A program made the position numbers and the translations under genes. Below the pieces are notes generated by a model, which was not told the DNA's origin, searched no databases, and worked only from the letters and a program-made list of their open reading frames with translations. DNA of 64,000 nt, from positions 198,018 through 262,017 of the forward strand of contig JBGAKL010000006.1 in NCBI GenBank assembly GCA_044224375.1. The letters are read 5' to 3'. The DNA is from Cyclobacteriaceae bacterium. GTDB lineage: Bacteria; Bacteroidota; Bacteroidia; Cytophagales; Cyclobacteriaceae. Below are positions 48,899 to 58,443 of the stretch, one piece after another; position 1 is the stretch's first letter, and each line of letters starts with the position of its first letter.

Positions 48899-49834
48899 TC
48901 AGGCTGACGCTATATAATAAATATTTAGAATAACGAAGACCCCCGCCACGATCCACGCTCCGATCCTGTCGGCCTTCAGGCAAGCGTCTTTGTTGCCGGC
49001 ATTGTAATATTTGAGTGAGATCGCCGAAACAGCGAGCACAGAAAGAATGCCGAGAAAAGTGATGCTGTGCAACGTGTCGACTAAGCTGAACTCGGGCGAT
49101 TCGGGTAAGAGCGAATCAATGATGTACTTGTTACCGACAGCTGCAAACAACCCTCCGACTGGAAGTCCGAACCTTGGCTCTAATTCCCATGGGAAAGAGA
49201 CGAAGCTGATGAGTGCGATCAGGAAAGCGATGTACATCCCGATAAATATTTTCGCGAACAACCCCCAGGCATCTCGTTCGATGCTCATATCGATCTTGAA
49301 TGTGGAAAAGGTCTGCGAATCATGCCCACGGCGTGGATCGCCGAAGCCCGTTCCATAGTGCGTGGTGTCTGAAGAAACTTTGAATTCAGTGATCCTCCAG
49401 CCGTCAAGGCCTTCAATGTCGTCGAATCTGGAGTGACGTGTATCGGGTTTAAAGATCAGCGCACGGCTGTCAAAGACGGAGTTCTCTACCCGCACGCGAA
49501 GGTGCTGTTTGTCGAAAGGGAAATTATGAACCACCCAGCTTTCCTTCATCACGCATTTCATTTTCATCTGTACCCACTTCTTTCCACCTACGGTGTCAGT
49601 CACCATTGTGGGTGGATCGATCTCCTTGGCGTTGGGAATATCAAGCTGACTGTAAAAATCAAAATCCGGGTTGCTGTAAAGGAACCACAGCCAATAACGG
49701 ATCGTGTATTCCTTGTCATGAAAATTGATGTCGTGGACGCTGATAATGTAGGCACCGGCCTTGACGGTATCTGGCTGCGCGTGTGTGACGTAAAGAGGAA
49801 GGGCGAAAAGCAGGGTCAGTAAAAAACGTTTCAT
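48899..49834 (-). CDS. Prokaryotic pentameric ligand-gated ion channel homologue, paralogue 2
   Basis: 311 aa with the same architecture (FPFDKQHLRV, GWRITEF). M1-M3 are almost identical to paralogue 1. A 3-nt spacer separates it from the downstream paralogue. Confidence 0.75.
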   Translation of the reverse strand: MKRFLLTLLFALPLYVTHAQPDTVKAGAYIISVHDINFHDKEYTIRYWLWFLYSNPDFDFYSQLDIPNAKEIDPPTMVTDTVGGKKWVQMKMKCVMKESWVVHNFPFDKQHLRVRVENSVFDSRALIFKPDTRHSRFDDIEGLDGWRITEFKVSSDTTHYGTGFGDPRRGHDSQTFSTFKIDMSIERDAWGLFAKIFIGMYIAFLIALISFVSFPWELEPRFGLPVGGLFAAVGNKYIIDSLLPESPEFSLVDTLHSITFLGILSVLAVSAISLKYYNAGNKDACLKADRIGAWIVAGVFVILNIYYIASA

Positions 49835-49905
49835 TGAGGGGTGGAATATCTGATCAAGTTAACAGTCCTGATCAAATCTTCCACCTTTGTTTCCTCAAAT
49901 GATTG

Positions 49906-52332
49906 CTATTTCGCGTCTATTTTGGCCTTCATAGGGTCGTTTCCCTTCACGTACGTTTCGAGCATGTTATCCATTTCCCACAACGTATGCATGATCGATT
50001 CCTTGGCGCGATACCCGTGACTTTCATAGGGCAACAAAACGTAGCGGGCCGTACCTCCGTGACCTTTGATAGCATTGTAAAAACGTTCGGTCTGAATAGG
50101 GAAGGTTCCCGAATTATTGTCTGCCTCACCATGAACAAGCAGGATCGGTGTTTTTATTTTATCTGCATACGAGAAAGGTGACATCTTGAAATACACTTCC
50201 GGCGCTTCCCAGTAAGTGCGCTCCTCCTGTTGGAATCCAAATGGGGTAAGGGTACGATTGTATGCACCGCTTCGTGCAATACCTGCCTTGAACAAATCGG
50301 AATGTGCAAGGAGGTTTGCAGTCATGAAAGCACCATAGCTATGTCCACCGACGCCGACACGCTTGGGATCAACGTATCCAAGTGACGCCCCATAATCGAT
50401 CGCCGCTTTCGCACTGGAAACAAGCTGCTCAATATAAGTATCATTGGGCTCGTTGTCGCCTTCCCCAACGATCGGGATTGAGGCATTGTCGAGAATGGCG
50501 TAACCACGAACAACCCAATAGATGGCCGTTCCCCAGCTCAGTCGTGTGAATGAGTAAGGCGATCCCTTTACCTGCCCAGCATTGCCTTTGGATTTGAACT
50601 CTGCCGGATATGCCCAAAGGAAAGTCGGCAACGGCCCCATCTCCTTTTTATATCCGGGCGGAAGGTAAAGGTCAGCCGTCAGATCGACGCCATCTGGCCG
50701 CTTGTACTTCAATACCTGTTTCTTTACATCCTTGATCTGAGGATAAGGATGTGGAAACGTCGTCAGCTGAGTAAGATTTTTTGATCCGGCAGTCCTGAGA
50801 AAATAATTGGGATTGTCGTTCTGAGATTCGCGAGACGTGATAAATGTAACTTTCTTTGGGTCGATAACACTGACTACGACTTCGTAGAATGGCGCTTCAC
50901 TTCTCCACAAACGCGACGTCTTACCGCTATTGAGATCAAGCTTGTCGAGGAAAGGTCTGTCACCTTCCGGGGATGAGCCAGGGCCCGCAAGCAAGATGCT
51001 ATTATCCTGGATTGCCATCACGTTTCTTCCGTATTGATTCGTGGTCGTTATCACATCACCAGGGTTCGAATACACGTCTTCGTAAGAACGGTCGAACAGC
51101 GTTTTCTTTTTTGACGGGTTTGATGGGTCGATTTGATATGTCCTGACTTTGCGATCATTCCACCAGCGTTCATGCACTAATGCCGTCTTATCATTGCCCC
51201 ATAAAATAGAAGTGTACCGAAGTGGGAGACTGATCAACTCTTCTGGTGTGGCGCTGAAGGGCGCTGCGAGCTGAAACACCTTATCACGTATGCTCGTCTT
51301 GACTTTAGGGTCGCCACCGTCCTGAGCTTCTGCCCAGTAAACTGTTGCTGGTTGATCCGACCTCCAACCATGATTGCGTGGACCCTTGATGGCCGCACTG
51401 AAACCTACAGGCACGTTATCGGAAAGTGGAATGTCCGTCAACGTCTTTATAACGTTGCCATTCAGATCCAGCACCTGAACGAGGTGCGGAAATAACTCTT
51501 CGGGAACAAGGTAAGAATATGGTTTATGTATTACTTCCGTCAAGATCATGTTTCCGTCCGGTGAAGGATTTTGAGAAGCGAACACCCCAGGCTGACCAAT
51601 GGGTTTCTCCACGCCATCCAGCGAGATTGAGTATAGCTGCGATGTACAGTAAAAATCGAAGGCCGCCTCATCGTATTGATTCTTCAAAAGGTCTTGATAG
51701 GTACGTGCGGCCGCTTTCTTTCCGAGATTCTCTTCCGTCACGGGTCCGGCAGGAACCCTTGATTTCTCGGGTAGTTTTTTCCCGTCCACGACAGCGAGAA
51801 ATAGTATCTGGTTTGAGTTTGGAAGCCATGATACCGGATTCGCATTCGTGTTGTTGATTTTCTTTTTAGTCAGTATCCGTGCGTTGGCAGTTGTGATGTC
51901 GACCAACCACAGCTCTATGTGGTCCGGATAACTTTGAAGGAACGTAGCTTTTTTGCCATCAGGAGAAAAGCCAAAACGGCTCATTTGTAGGGGCGATGGA
52001 AGTCCTTTGACAGTATACTCTTTCAGGTCTTTGAGATTTTTAAATTTCAGTCCGACAGAATAGTTCTCGCGGCTCGGGCCGAAATTTTCAGGGTTGATTC
52101 GTAAGCCTGCAATTCTAAGTTCTGGGCGCGAAAGTTCTTCGATGCTTGGATAGTCAGATCGATCCATCAAGGCCATCCAGTTCTTATCAGGCGAAATGAC
52201 CACGGCTGGCGTGAGCGGCGCTTCAAGCAACTTGATGATATCATCCGGAGGTCTTTGATAGCCGGTTTTGTCCTGAGAAAAGGACGGAACAAGCGCAAGT
52301 ATTAAACAAAACGAGCAAATAACTTTTTTCAT
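49906..52332 (-). CDS. S9-family serine peptidase (prolyl oligopeptidase / dipeptidyl-peptidase type) with an N-terminal beta-propeller
   Basis: 808 aa with a signal peptide. Catalytic context ...GVGGHSYGAFM..., ...VHGEADNN..., ...ESHGY... Confidence 0.88.
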   Translation of the reverse strand: MKKVICSFCLILALVPSFSQDKTGYQRPPDDIIKLLEAPLTPAVVISPDKNWMALMDRSDYPSIEELSRPELRIAGLRINPENFGPSRENYSVGLKFKNLKDLKEYTVKGLPSPLQMSRFGFSPDGKKATFLQSYPDHIELWLVDITTANARILTKKKINNTNANPVSWLPNSNQILFLAVVDGKKLPEKSRVPAGPVTEENLGKKAAARTYQDLLKNQYDEAAFDFYCTSQLYSISLDGVEKPIGQPGVFASQNPSPDGNMILTEVIHKPYSYLVPEELFPHLVQVLDLNGNVIKTLTDIPLSDNVPVGFSAAIKGPRNHGWRSDQPATVYWAEAQDGGDPKVKTSIRDKVFQLAAPFSATPEELISLPLRYTSILWGNDKTALVHERWWNDRKVRTYQIDPSNPSKKKTLFDRSYEDVYSNPGDVITTTNQYGRNVMAIQDNSILLAGPGSSPEGDRPFLDKLDLNSGKTSRLWRSEAPFYEVVVSVIDPKKVTFITSRESQNDNPNYFLRTAGSKNLTQLTTFPHPYPQIKDVKKQVLKYKRPDGVDLTADLYLPPGYKKEMGPLPTFLWAYPAEFKSKGNAGQVKGSPYSFTRLSWGTAIYWVVRGYAILDNASIPIVGEGDNEPNDTYIEQLVSSAKAAIDYGASLGYVDPKRVGVGGHSYGAFMTANLLAHSDLFKAGIARSGAYNRTLTPFGFQQEERTYWEAPEVYFKMSPFSYADKIKTPILLVHGEADNNSGTFPIQTERFYNAIKGHGGTARYVLLPYESHGYRAKESIMHTLWEMDNMLETYVKGNDPMKAKIDAK

Positions 52333-52509
52333 ATTGATTGGAATTGAACAGAAGAAATATAGGGATAATGAATTCAGAGGCGGTAAGAATTTGGGTAGGC
52401 GGTAGACTGCTTCTTTGGAAACGCGTAATACTGTAGTTCCGGTTCAACGATCCGCACCCATCTGACGGAAATACACTAATTTCGCATTCAACAAAAATAC
52501 ACCCGAATT

Positions 52510-52959
52510 ATGTACCCAACCCTCCTTATTACCCATTCGCTGCTCAGGCAATTCGTCCTTATCTTTTTGATCATCGTTGTTGTAAAGACATTCCTCGGAT
52601 ATTCAAATAAGAGTGCCTTTACCAAGACTGATAACATGCTTGGTCTCTCTTTATTCTCGTTGACACACACACAACTTCTCCTGGGACTAATACTTTATTT
52701 TGTTAGTCCGTTTGTCCAATTCAGTGGTAGTTCCATGAAAGACCCGACATTACGCTATTGGACCGTGGAGCACATCGTCACTATGCTGGTCGCTGTTGGC
52801 TTAATAACCGCGGCAAGGACTACCTCAAAAAAAATGACTGATCCAGTCGCGAAGCACAAAAGGATGTTCATCTTAAATACGATTGCATTGGTGCTTATAT
52901 TGATAGGTATCGCTTTAAGCAAACGCGGATTCTTGCCGGCACCGCGAGTTTCCGGATAA
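52510..52959 (+). CDS. Hypothetical four-TM membrane protein
   Basis: 149 aa with four hydrophobic segments. No recognisable motif. Confidence 0.5.
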   Translation: MYPTLLITHSLLRQFVLIFLIIVVVKTFLGYSNKSAFTKTDNMLGLSLFSLTHTQLLLGLILYFVSPFVQFSGSSMKDPTLRYWTVEHIVTMLVAVGLITAARTTSKKMTDPVAKHKRMFILNTIALVLILIGIALSKRGFLPAPRVSG

Positions 52960-53027
52960 CAGTCGCCCACTTCGCAGGCTTCTTCAATCACGCTGAATCT
53001 GCTAACTTTACTCCAAATCCCTTTAGC

Positions 53028-54779
53028 ATGAAATACCTGTTGGCGTTCTTTCTATTGGCTTTTTCCTTTCACTGCTTTTCGCAAACATTTGCGCCACGAT
53101 ACGAACTGATCAAGATCAAGGAAGTCAATTCAATCTATCACGACGCTGCGCCAGTCATCTCCCCCGACGGCAACAAACTTTACTTTTTTGTTGTCGGAAG
53201 TCCTGCCAACACTATGGGCAAGGAGGGAACGCAGGACATTTGGACAAGCACCAAGGATGACAAAGGCGTATGGGGCGCCCCTCAGCACATGGGGTCACCC
53301 TTCAACCAAGGCAAAACAAATCAGGTCTTCCAGGTATTACACGACGGTACACTGCTAGTACGTGGAGGGAGGTCGAAGAACGATAAAGGTTTCTCCCTCG
53401 TCAGCCCCAGTGGACAATGGTCTGAAGTAAATCCAAAAGATTTTTCGGATATGGCAAAAGGTCGTTTCAACGGTGCCGCCATCTCTGCCGACTTGAAGCA
53501 CCTCATTCTTTATTTTTCTGAGCAACCCAACGGCATCAAAAGTGACCTGTATGTTTCGCATGCGCAGGGTAACGCGTGGTCTCGCCCCGAAAAACTTAAG
53601 ATAAGCGCAGCTTCCGATGAGTTCGCGCCTTTCATCGGCCCCGATAACCGGACTCTTTATTTTTCCAGTGACAGACTTGGGCAGGGCAGACAGGGTGGAA
53701 CGGATATTTATAAGAGCGTTCGAATGGACGAATCATGGAACGCGTGGTCGGAGCCGGCCAATCTTGGTAAGCCCATCAACACGGCTGCAGCAGATGATTA
53801 TTTTTCAATGGATGAGTCTGGCCACGTTTACATGGCGCGATCGAACAGCAGAATGGACGGCGGGAACCTCGACGTATTCGTGCTTATCCCAAAAGCGATC
53901 AAAGTCATGCTTACCGGCGTGGTATACGATGACAAAACAAAACAGCCCATCGCCTCGAATGTGACCGTCACAATCAAAGACATGAAGCCCATTGCATTGA
54001 AAACGCCAGCGACCGGGAAGTTTGAAACAAAGATTCCCGAAATCAGTGAATATCAGATCGCGGCAAGCGCGTCGGGCTACCAACCACAGGAAATGACGAT
54101 GACGGTCCCGCGACTTGGCAGTGACACTACGTTGGTTGCTGATATTTACCTGACCCCGATTGCAAAGAAGCTGGTGATCAACGGTACGGTGTATAACAAA
54201 AAAACCAACGAACCCATCAACTCAAAAGTCGACTTCACATTAAAACCAGATAAGAAAAGTAGCTACACCATTCAGGCTGACAAAGGAAAATTTGAGCTAG
54301 AGATAGGGAAACTTGGATGGTACGTCCTTGCTGGTTCTGCAGAGGGATTTCTGTCTGCGACCGATAGCGCCTGGTTCAATTCTGAAGATCTCTCACCGCT
54401 GACAAAAGATCTGTACCTAACGCCGATTGAGGTTGGCCTTACAGTCAGGCTGAAAAATATCTATTTCGACTTTAATAAGACAACCCTTAAGTCTGAGTCT
54501 TTTGCCGAATTGAACAAGGTTGTGAATTTCTTAGACCAGAATCCAACAGTTGAGATCGAAATCGCAGGACATACCGACAGCAAGGGAACTGATGAATACA
54601 ATGTCAATCTTTCGCAAGGGCGCTCGCAGGCCGTCGTTGACTACCTGGTGTCGCAGGGGATTGGCGCTGCCCGACTCACGGCAAAAGGCTATGGCGAAAG
54701 CAAACCCATCGATACCAACGACACAGAAGATGGCCGCGCAAATAATCGGCGGGTAGAATTCACTGTTTTGAAGAAATAA
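53028..54779 (+). CDS. OmpA-family protein with a TolB-like beta-propeller and CarboxypepD_reg-like domains
   Basis: 583 aa with a signal peptide and WD40-like repeats (...PDGNKLYF..., ...PDNRTLYFSSDR...). The C-terminus ...IAGHTDSKGTDEYNVNLSQGRSQAV...NRRVEF is the OmpA_C signature. Confidence 0.85.
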   Translation: MKYLLAFFLLAFSFHCFSQTFAPRYELIKIKEVNSIYHDAAPVISPDGNKLYFFVVGSPANTMGKEGTQDIWTSTKDDKGVWGAPQHMGSPFNQGKTNQVFQVLHDGTLLVRGGRSKNDKGFSLVSPSGQWSEVNPKDFSDMAKGRFNGAAISADLKHLILYFSEQPNGIKSDLYVSHAQGNAWSRPEKLKISAASDEFAPFIGPDNRTLYFSSDRLGQGRQGGTDIYKSVRMDESWNAWSEPANLGKPINTAAADDYFSMDESGHVYMARSNSRMDGGNLDVFVLIPKAIKVMLTGVVYDDKTKQPIASNVTVTIKDMKPIALKTPATGKFETKIPEISEYQIAASASGYQPQEMTMTVPRLGSDTTLVADIYLTPIAKKLVINGTVYNKKTNEPINSKVDFTLKPDKKSSYTIQADKGKFELEIGKLGWYVLAGSAEGFLSATDSAWFNSEDLSPLTKDLYLTPIEVGLTVRLKNIYFDFNKTTLKSESFAELNKVVNFLDQNPTVEIEIAGHTDSKGTDEYNVNLSQGRSQAVVDYLVSQGIGAARLTAKGYGESKPIDTNDTEDGRANNRRVEFTVLKK

Positions 54780-54785
54780 ATTTAA

Positions 54786-56792
54786 ATGACTGCACACATG
54801 AAATACTTATTCTGCGTACTGACTATTTGCTTGAGCAACCAGGTATTTGGCTTAGCAGACACCACGCGCTACACTGTTATCACCACAGAGAAGATCTCCG
54901 GTAAACTCTTGCGCTGGACGGAAGCCCCCGAAAAAGTATCTTACTACTATGAGTTTAATGACAGAGGCCGGGGACCAAAACTCAGGGTTGATATCATTCT
55001 CAATGAACATCATGTTGTATCCCGTAAGGTCACGGGTGTTGATTACTTTAAAGGTGAGGTGAATGAGGTCTTTTCGATATCGAATGGAATCGCAAAGTGG
55101 AAGAATAAAATAGAGGATGGTCAGAAAAGTGTTTCAGCGCCGGTGCTGTACTCTCCCCTCAACAGCGTACCTGCAGAAGTCGAGTGGGATATTAAAATGG
55201 CCTTGAAAGTTCCGCATATCCAGGAAATTGAGACCGTTCCGAACGGAAAGCTGAAAGTTGAGCACGTAAAGAACCACACTGCCAAAGTTAACGGCTTCCC
55301 GGAAGAGCTTGAGCTTTTCTCATTCACGGGCTCAGGCGGTCCACCTACTTACATTTGGTTTACTCCCAATAAGGATTTCTTTGCTGCGGTGAGCGGTTGG
55401 ATGTCCACGATAAAGCTGGGCTATGAATTTCTTGTGCCCGAGCTGAAGCGCCTGCAAGATGAGATCGAGGAGGATTACTTCGCAGAGCAAGCCGTAACGT
55501 TAACGCAGAAGTCAAAGGTACCGGTTGCTATCACCGATGTCAGCGTTTTCGATTCGAAGTCGGGAAAAGTACATGCTAACCAAACGGTGGTGGTCGAGCA
55601 AGGGAAGATTACGCAGGTAGGCAAAGCAAGCAGCGTCAAGGCACCGGCCAATGCAAAAGTGATTTCCGGCCAGGGTAAAATGCTGCTCCCCGGCCTGTGG
55701 GACAATCACACACACTATGATATGTCTCAGGGTATTTACCACCTCGCGGCGGGAGTGACCAACATCAAGGACATGGGCAACTCACTGGATCTTCCGGAAA
55801 TAAAAAAGCAAGTAGATACCGACGCACTTTTAGGCCCGGAAATCACGATTTGGTCTGGTTTCATCGACTATGCTGGGCCATATGCTGGACCGACCGGCAA
55901 GATTGTAAAGACGCTGGAGGAAGGAATTGCTGCGGTGAACTTTTACGCCGACAATGGTTATCAACAAGTGAAGCTTTACAGTTCGCTGCCAGTGGATTGG
56001 GTAAAACCCATAGCGGCTGAAGCACATAAGCGTGGGCTTAAAGTGGTTGGTCATATTCCTTCTTTTATGACTGCAACGCGCGCCGTTAACGACGGCTACG
56101 ATCAAATCATTCACATGAACATGGTCATGCTTAATTTTCTTGGTGATACACTGGACACTCGTTCCATGGGGAGATTTACAAAAGTCGCAGCGCGGGCAAA
56201 GAACATCAACGTTAGCGGACCGGAAGCGAAGAAATTCATTCAATTGCTGAAGCAAAAGAAAACTGTTGTAGATCCAACCATGATGATTTTTGAAAGCATG
56301 TTTACCAACCAGCCCGGCAAGCTTGCTGCAGGTTATGACCAAAGTCAGAATATGTTTCCAGCCGAATTCAAGCGCGGTCTTTATAATGGTGGTCTTCCCA
56401 CGATGAAAGGACATGAGTCCGAATACAAGCAATCCTTCGACAACATGATGAAGATGCTGCAGCTTTTTCATAAGAATGGGATCACTTTTGTGCCGGGCAC
56501 GGATGATTTTCCCGGGTTTGCACTTCAGCGTGAGCTGGAACTGTATTCAATTGCCGGAGTCCCTAACGCAGAGGTGTTAAAGAAGGCGACGCTGACTTCA
56601 GCACAAGTAGCAGGTAAGGACAGTGAATACGGCACTATTGAAGTGGGCAAGAAAGCAAACCTCATTCTGGTTGATGGGGATCCGATAAAAAACATCGGCG
56701 ATATCCGCAAGGTGGAACTGACGATGAAGGGCGGTAACATGTATGATGCGAAGGCACTGTACAACTCCTATGGTTTTGGATTCTGGAAATAG
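54786..56792 (+). CDS. Amidohydrolase-family protein (secreted)
   Basis: 668 aa, ...LLPGLWDNHTHY... metal-binding HxH context and ...LVDGDPIKNI... ATG 54798 is an alternative start with a better signal peptide. Confidence 0.8.
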   Translation: MTAHMKYLFCVLTICLSNQVFGLADTTRYTVITTEKISGKLLRWTEAPEKVSYYYEFNDRGRGPKLRVDIILNEHHVVSRKVTGVDYFKGEVNEVFSISNGIAKWKNKIEDGQKSVSAPVLYSPLNSVPAEVEWDIKMALKVPHIQEIETVPNGKLKVEHVKNHTAKVNGFPEELELFSFTGSGGPPTYIWFTPNKDFFAAVSGWMSTIKLGYEFLVPELKRLQDEIEEDYFAEQAVTLTQKSKVPVAITDVSVFDSKSGKVHANQTVVVEQGKITQVGKASSVKAPANAKVISGQGKMLLPGLWDNHTHYDMSQGIYHLAAGVTNIKDMGNSLDLPEIKKQVDTDALLGPEITIWSGFIDYAGPYAGPTGKIVKTLEEGIAAVNFYADNGYQQVKLYSSLPVDWVKPIAAEAHKRGLKVVGHIPSFMTATRAVNDGYDQIIHMNMVMLNFLGDTLDTRSMGRFTKVAARAKNINVSGPEAKKFIQLLKQKKTVVDPTMMIFESMFTNQPGKLAAGYDQSQNMFPAEFKRGLYNGGLPTMKGHESEYKQSFDNMMKMLQLFHKNGITFVPGTDDFPGFALQRELELYSIAGVPNAEVLKKATLTSAQVAGKDSEYGTIEVGKKANLILVDGDPIKNIGDIRKVELTMKGGNMYDAKALYNSYGFGFWK

Positions 56793-56810
56793 CGGTCTGA
56801 CTTGCGACGA

Positions 56811-57038
56811 ATGGAAGAAGCTTCGGAGAAAATCGTTGTATTTGATTCTTACAATACCGTTGTGGAAGCCAATCTTGTGAAGACCAAGCTTGACGCGTAT
56901 GGTGTGCCGTGCTTCCTGAGTGAGGAAAACTTCACAAACCTTCTTCCGATAAAAAACGAATTGTTTCCCGGCGTGCGGCTCCACATTTTCGAGAGAGACC
57001 GGGAGCGCGTGAAAGAGATCCTGTCCGAAGAAAATTAA
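56811..57038 (+). CDS. DUF2007-type small protein (putative signal-transducing fold)
   Basis: ...IVVFDSYNTVVEANLVKTKLDAYGVPCFLSEEN... TTG 56802 is an alternative start. Confidence 0.6.
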   Translation: MEEASEKIVVFDSYNTVVEANLVKTKLDAYGVPCFLSEENFTNLLPIKNELFPGVRLHIFERDRERVKEILSEEN

Positions 57039-57048
57039 ATAACCTCCC

Positions 57049-57089
57049 ACAAATCGCGCTGATCTCACAGATTAAATCTTTCGATTTGT
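57049..57089. terminator. Hairpin between convergent genes (ACAAATCG ... CGATTTGT, with inner ATCT/AGAT)
   Basis: An 8-bp outer stem was read directly. It uses the CACAGAT/ATCCGT vocabulary of the other spacer repeats. Confidence 0.5.
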
Positions 57090-57109
57090 TAGATCCGTAA
57101 GAGGGAAAA

Positions 57110-57934
57110 TTATCCGATTTTCACGCTCGTCATGGATACCGATCCCATCACGGTTCTATCATTAAAAAAAGAAACCTCTTCGTTATCCTCTTTTAATCCG
57201 AGAACATAAAGCAACGGCAAATAATGTTCGGGCGTCGGAATGGAAAGTCTCGCAGCTTGGCCAAGTGATTCATACTTGATCAGTGATGTATGATCTCCTT
57301 TCGCGATCAGGTCCTTGAACTTCGTGTTTGTTTCGATAGCCCAGTCATATCCGGATTCCGGCAGCCTCCAATCCATGACACCCAGGTTGTGCACCATGTT
57401 GCCGCTACCGATGATGAGTACATTCTTCTTCCGCAAAGATGCTAGTTCCCGCGCGAGGCCATAGTGGAACGCCGGGCTTTTTGTATAGTCGATGCTAAGT
57501 TGAAGCACCGGAATTTTTGCTTCGGAAAACATCCGTTTAACCACCGACCACGTCCCGTGGTCAAGTCCCCATTCGTGATCCAGGCCAACTTCTGTAGTTC
57601 GGACCATTGAGGCCGCTGCTTTCGCGAGGGCAGGATCCCCGGGCGCAGGATATTGGACATCGAACAGCTGCTTTGGGAAACCATAAAAGTCATGAATGGT
57701 TCTGGGCTTTTCCATTGCCGTGACAAATGTCCCCTTTGTAAACCAGTGCGCGGACACGACGATTACGGCAGCCGGCGGCTTAAGATCTCGTCCTAATTTC
57801 TCCCATGTTTCGCTGAACTGGTTGTTTTCGATTCCATTCATCGGTGAGCCGTGGCCGATGAAGAGGAGGGGTGTTTTTGATTCCTGCGGGGAAAGTGAAT
57901 CGTTTAGCTTTTCAAGGTCCTTGAGGGTGTTCAT
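57110..57934 (-). CDS. ygiD: 4,5-DOPA dioxygenase extradiol-like (LigB-family class III extradiol dioxygenase, YgiD type)
   Basis: 274 aa, ...LLFIGHGSPMN...VVSAHW... Confidence 0.85.
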   Translation of the reverse strand: MNTLKDLEKLNDSLSPQESKTPLLFIGHGSPMNGIENNQFSETWEKLGRDLKPPAAVIVVSAHWFTKGTFVTAMEKPRTIHDFYGFPKQLFDVQYPAPGDPALAKAAASMVRTTEVGLDHEWGLDHGTWSVVKRMFSEAKIPVLQLSIDYTKSPAFHYGLARELASLRKKNVLIIGSGNMVHNLGVMDWRLPESGYDWAIETNTKFKDLIAKGDHTSLIKYESLGQAARLSIPTPEHYLPLLYVLGLKEDNEEVSFFNDRTVMGSVSMTSVKIG

Positions 57935-57976
57935 TGTCTCACAACACGATTAAGTAATAAAAAGTTGCGCACACTA

Positions 57977-58002
57977 GGAGTAAGAACAAAGAAGCAAGGA
58001 GG
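57977..58002. repeat. Purine-rich heptamer arm (GAGTAAG AACAAAG AAGCAAG) at the 3' side of the four-helix-bundle gene
   Basis: The 26-nt tract matches the reverse complement of 58449-58474 at 22 of 26 positions (hand count). Confidence 0.7.
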
Positions 58003-58006
58003 TGCG

Positions 58007-58378
58007 TTACGAATGCGAATTGATGTCATCATCAATGGCTTTCGCGTACGCATTTAAGAGTTTACTAACTTCTACCATTAGAAATTCAAGTTTGGGATCA
58101 TGATTGAACTGAAGATCCTTAGCCAACATGAGGTAGTACCGACATTCCTCAACTGATCCTTGTGCAAAATTAAGAAATCGTCGCTTGTCGCGTTTTCCCT
58201 TTTTCGCATACCCTTCGGAAATATTTGCAGCGATCGACACGGCTGCTCTCCGAAACTGTGATGTCAATCCGTAAATTTCTTCCCTTGGAAAAGCCTTGGT
58301 GAAGATGTAAACATCCAGCACAAATCGATGTGCTTTCTGCCATACGAGGAGCTCGCTAAAGTTTTTCGTAGGAATCAT
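58007..58378 (-). CDS. Four-helix-bundle protein (PF05635 / TIGR02436, 23S rRNA intervening-sequence protein; Avd-like)
   Basis: 123 aa, ...FSELLVWQKAHRFVLDVY...EIYGLTSQFRRAAVSIAANISEGY...FLNFAQGSVEECRYYLMLAKDL... Confidence 0.88.
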   Translation of the reverse strand: MIPTKNFSELLVWQKAHRFVLDVYIFTKAFPREEIYGLTSQFRRAAVSIAANISEGYAKKGKRDKRRFLNFAQGSVEECRYYLMLAKDLQFNHDPKLEFLMVEVSKLLNAYAKAIDDDINSHS

Positions 58379-58443
58379 CCAGTCAAGTTGACACCGTATT
58401 GTTTCGGTTCATATTTTCTGCCTGCTCGGAATTCCTGATAATC

